From the NCBI RefSeq assembly GCF_041248615.1, contig NZ_CP158426.1: a stretch of DNA of 64,000 nt. One strand, written 5' to 3'. The DNA is from Escherichia coli. Lineage in GTDB: Bacteria > Pseudomonadota > Gammaproteobacteria > Enterobacterales > Enterobacteriaceae. Position 1 is the first letter of the stretch; every line of letters starts with the position of its first letter. This document shows, one piece after another, positions 62,726 through 64,000 of the stretch. The notes under the pieces were generated by a model. It saw nothing but the letters and a program-made list of their open reading frames with translations, had not been told where the DNA came from and did no database searches. A program made the position numbers and the translations under genes.

Positions 62726-63990
62726 ATTTGCCTCCGGGCTTTATCGAATGGCGTTACGTTGTAGTCTTTCCCGCTTTCCAGTGCCACCAGCAGATCAGCC
62801 CACTGTGCCAGCGCAGCTTTACGCTCATCAAAATACTGATGGCGGTTATAAATCCCCTCCACACCCTTAATGCGATGATTGAGGCATCGTTCCGCTACGA
62901 CAGGATCAACACCCAATGCTGCTAAATGAGTACGTGCGGTACGCCGGAAGTCGTGAATCGTGAAATTAGGCACATCCGGCATTTCGGCGCGAACCTTAGC
63001 CAGTGCTACGGGTAAAGTGCTTTCCTGAATATGTGGGATCATTCTGTTTTGCATCTTCCTGGCTGGAAGCACCCATGCGCTATTACATGAAAAGGTGTGT
63101 AGCTCTCTCAACCATTCAACGGCTGGGGAAGGTAGAGGTATATCAATAGGGTCTCCGTTTTTGCTGCGTTCTTCCGGCAAATGCCATACCGCACCATCTA
63201 AATCAAACTCTTCCCATCGTGCGGCGCATAACTCCATCTTACGAACGCATAGTGCCAGCAATAGCTTAAATGTCAGTTCGTTCTGGCGGCTGAATCCTTT
63301 TGCGGTGCGCATAGCTTCGAATAGCCTGATAAGCTCATCGCGAGTTAGCCAACGGTCGCGGGAAACCTCTTTACCACCAGCATCAGATACTTCAAACGCT
63401 GAACAAGGGTTTATCTCCAGAGCGTGGCGTTTTATCCCATAGTCAAAGATACGGCGTGTCCAGCGTAATACATCTGTTGCTATCGTTGGTGCTCCTCGGT
63501 CAACGATACCTTTCAACATGTCGTCAATGTGGCGTGGCTTAACGTCCTCCACCTTCATATGCCCAATGCAGGGGTTAATATCCTTATCAATTCTCCGGCG
63601 AAGGATATCGGGATGTTTCCATCTTGGAAGTATCTGGCGCTCGAAGTATTCGGCGGCCAGATCTGAAACGCGCATGGCGTTTTTCTCAGCCTCCATTTTT
63701 GCCAGTGCTTCAGCTTTTCGTTCCTGTTTCTCTGCTGCTACGTCATAGCCAAGAGCAACTCTGGCTGACAGCTCTTTTGCTGTTTCTCTGGCTTTTGATA
63801 GTGACAGTTCGGAGTAAGAGCCTATAACCATAGCCCGCTGCTTTCCTGCGAGCTTATAGCGGAATCGCCAGAACGGGACTGTGTAGTTTTTTGGGTAGCA
63901 AATATAAAGGCCGTTGCCGTCTGCCTTGCCATCAAATCTGTCTCCCGCCTTTATCCATGCGCGGATCTGCATATCTGTGAGTTTTGGCAT
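62722..63990 (-). CDS. P4-type tyrosine integrase of the right-hand integrative element
   Basis: 422 aa, ATG at 63990; N-terminal arm-binding-like region (…GNGLYICYPKNYTVPFWRFRYKLAGKQRAMVIGSY…SLSKARE…); catalytic-region motifs incl. …HDFRRTARTHL… and …VAERCLNHRIKGVEGIYNRHQY…. Confidence 0.85.
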   Translation of the reverse strand: MPKLTDMQIRAWIKAGDRFDGKADGNGLYICYPKNYTVPFWRFRYKLAGKQRAMVIGSYSELSLSKARETAKELSARVALGYDVAAEKQERKAEALAKMEAEKNAMRVSDLAAEYFERQILPRWKHPDILRRRIDKDINPCIGHMKVEDVKPRHIDDMLKGIVDRGAPTIATDVLRWTRRIFDYGIKRHALEINPCSAFEVSDAGGKEVSRDRWLTRDELIRLFEAMRTAKGFSRQNELTFKLLLALCVRKMELCAARWEEFDLDGAVWHLPEERSKNGDPIDIPLPSPAVEWLRELHTFSCNSAWVLPARKMQNRMIPHIQESTLPVALAKVRAEMPDVPNFTIHDFRRTARTHLAALGVDPVVAERCLNHRIKGVEGIYNRHQYFDERKAALAQWADLLVALESGKDYNVTPFDKARRQM

Positions 63991-64000
63991 TGCGAATACC

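Overview
This 64-kb window reads as an Escherichia coli chromosome segment (core block yicJ-yicI-yicH-xanP-gltS-recG-trmH-spoT-rpoZ-gmk-ligB-yicG-dinD, about 25.8-44.8 kb) flanked by two horizontally acquired elements. All names are from my own recognition of the translated ORFs and DNA motifs; no database search was run. (1) Left, 1 to about 25.5 kb: a genomic island at the 3' end of tRNA-Sec (selC, minus strand, 25487-25581) with a P4-type integrase beside the tRNA. It carries a 1165-aa autotransporter, a TonB-dependent receptor with a His-rich periplasmic partner, CP4-57-like genes (YfjP-like GTPase, a yfjR-like regulator with an in-frame amber stop, YagK/YfjJ-like paralogs, AlpA-like regulator) and many insertion sequences: IS2 with a 5-bp target duplication splitting an AT-rich orphan gene, an IS911-like IS3-family element, an IS66-family nest, a truncated IS3-family element and IS1. 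Its left end lies outside the window. (2) Right, about 44.96 kb to the window edge: a phage-like integrative element apparently inserted at the 3' end of yicC, just beyond the dinD promoter and its LexA box. It has a P4-type integrase at the far end, AlpA-like and antirepressor-like genes, a chain of small overlapping ORFs, a zinc-ribbon/TOPRIM/P-loop primase-helicase, and two iteron clusters whose outer 40 bp are exact inverted repeats. These repeats bracket an 8.4-kb module holding an Abi_2-family abortive-infection gene, an RHH regulator, a small secreted protein, and a translationally coupled 4-5 gene operon preceded by a LexA-box-like palindrome. The operon's gene sizes and order resemble the P22 gp14-gp7-gp20-gp16 ejection-protein set, but no capsid, terminase or tail genes are present. 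This bracketed module is my main candidate for an undescribed or defence-related system. A 288-aa gene between gltS and recG looks accessory relative to K-12. No rRNA or CRISPR array was seen.
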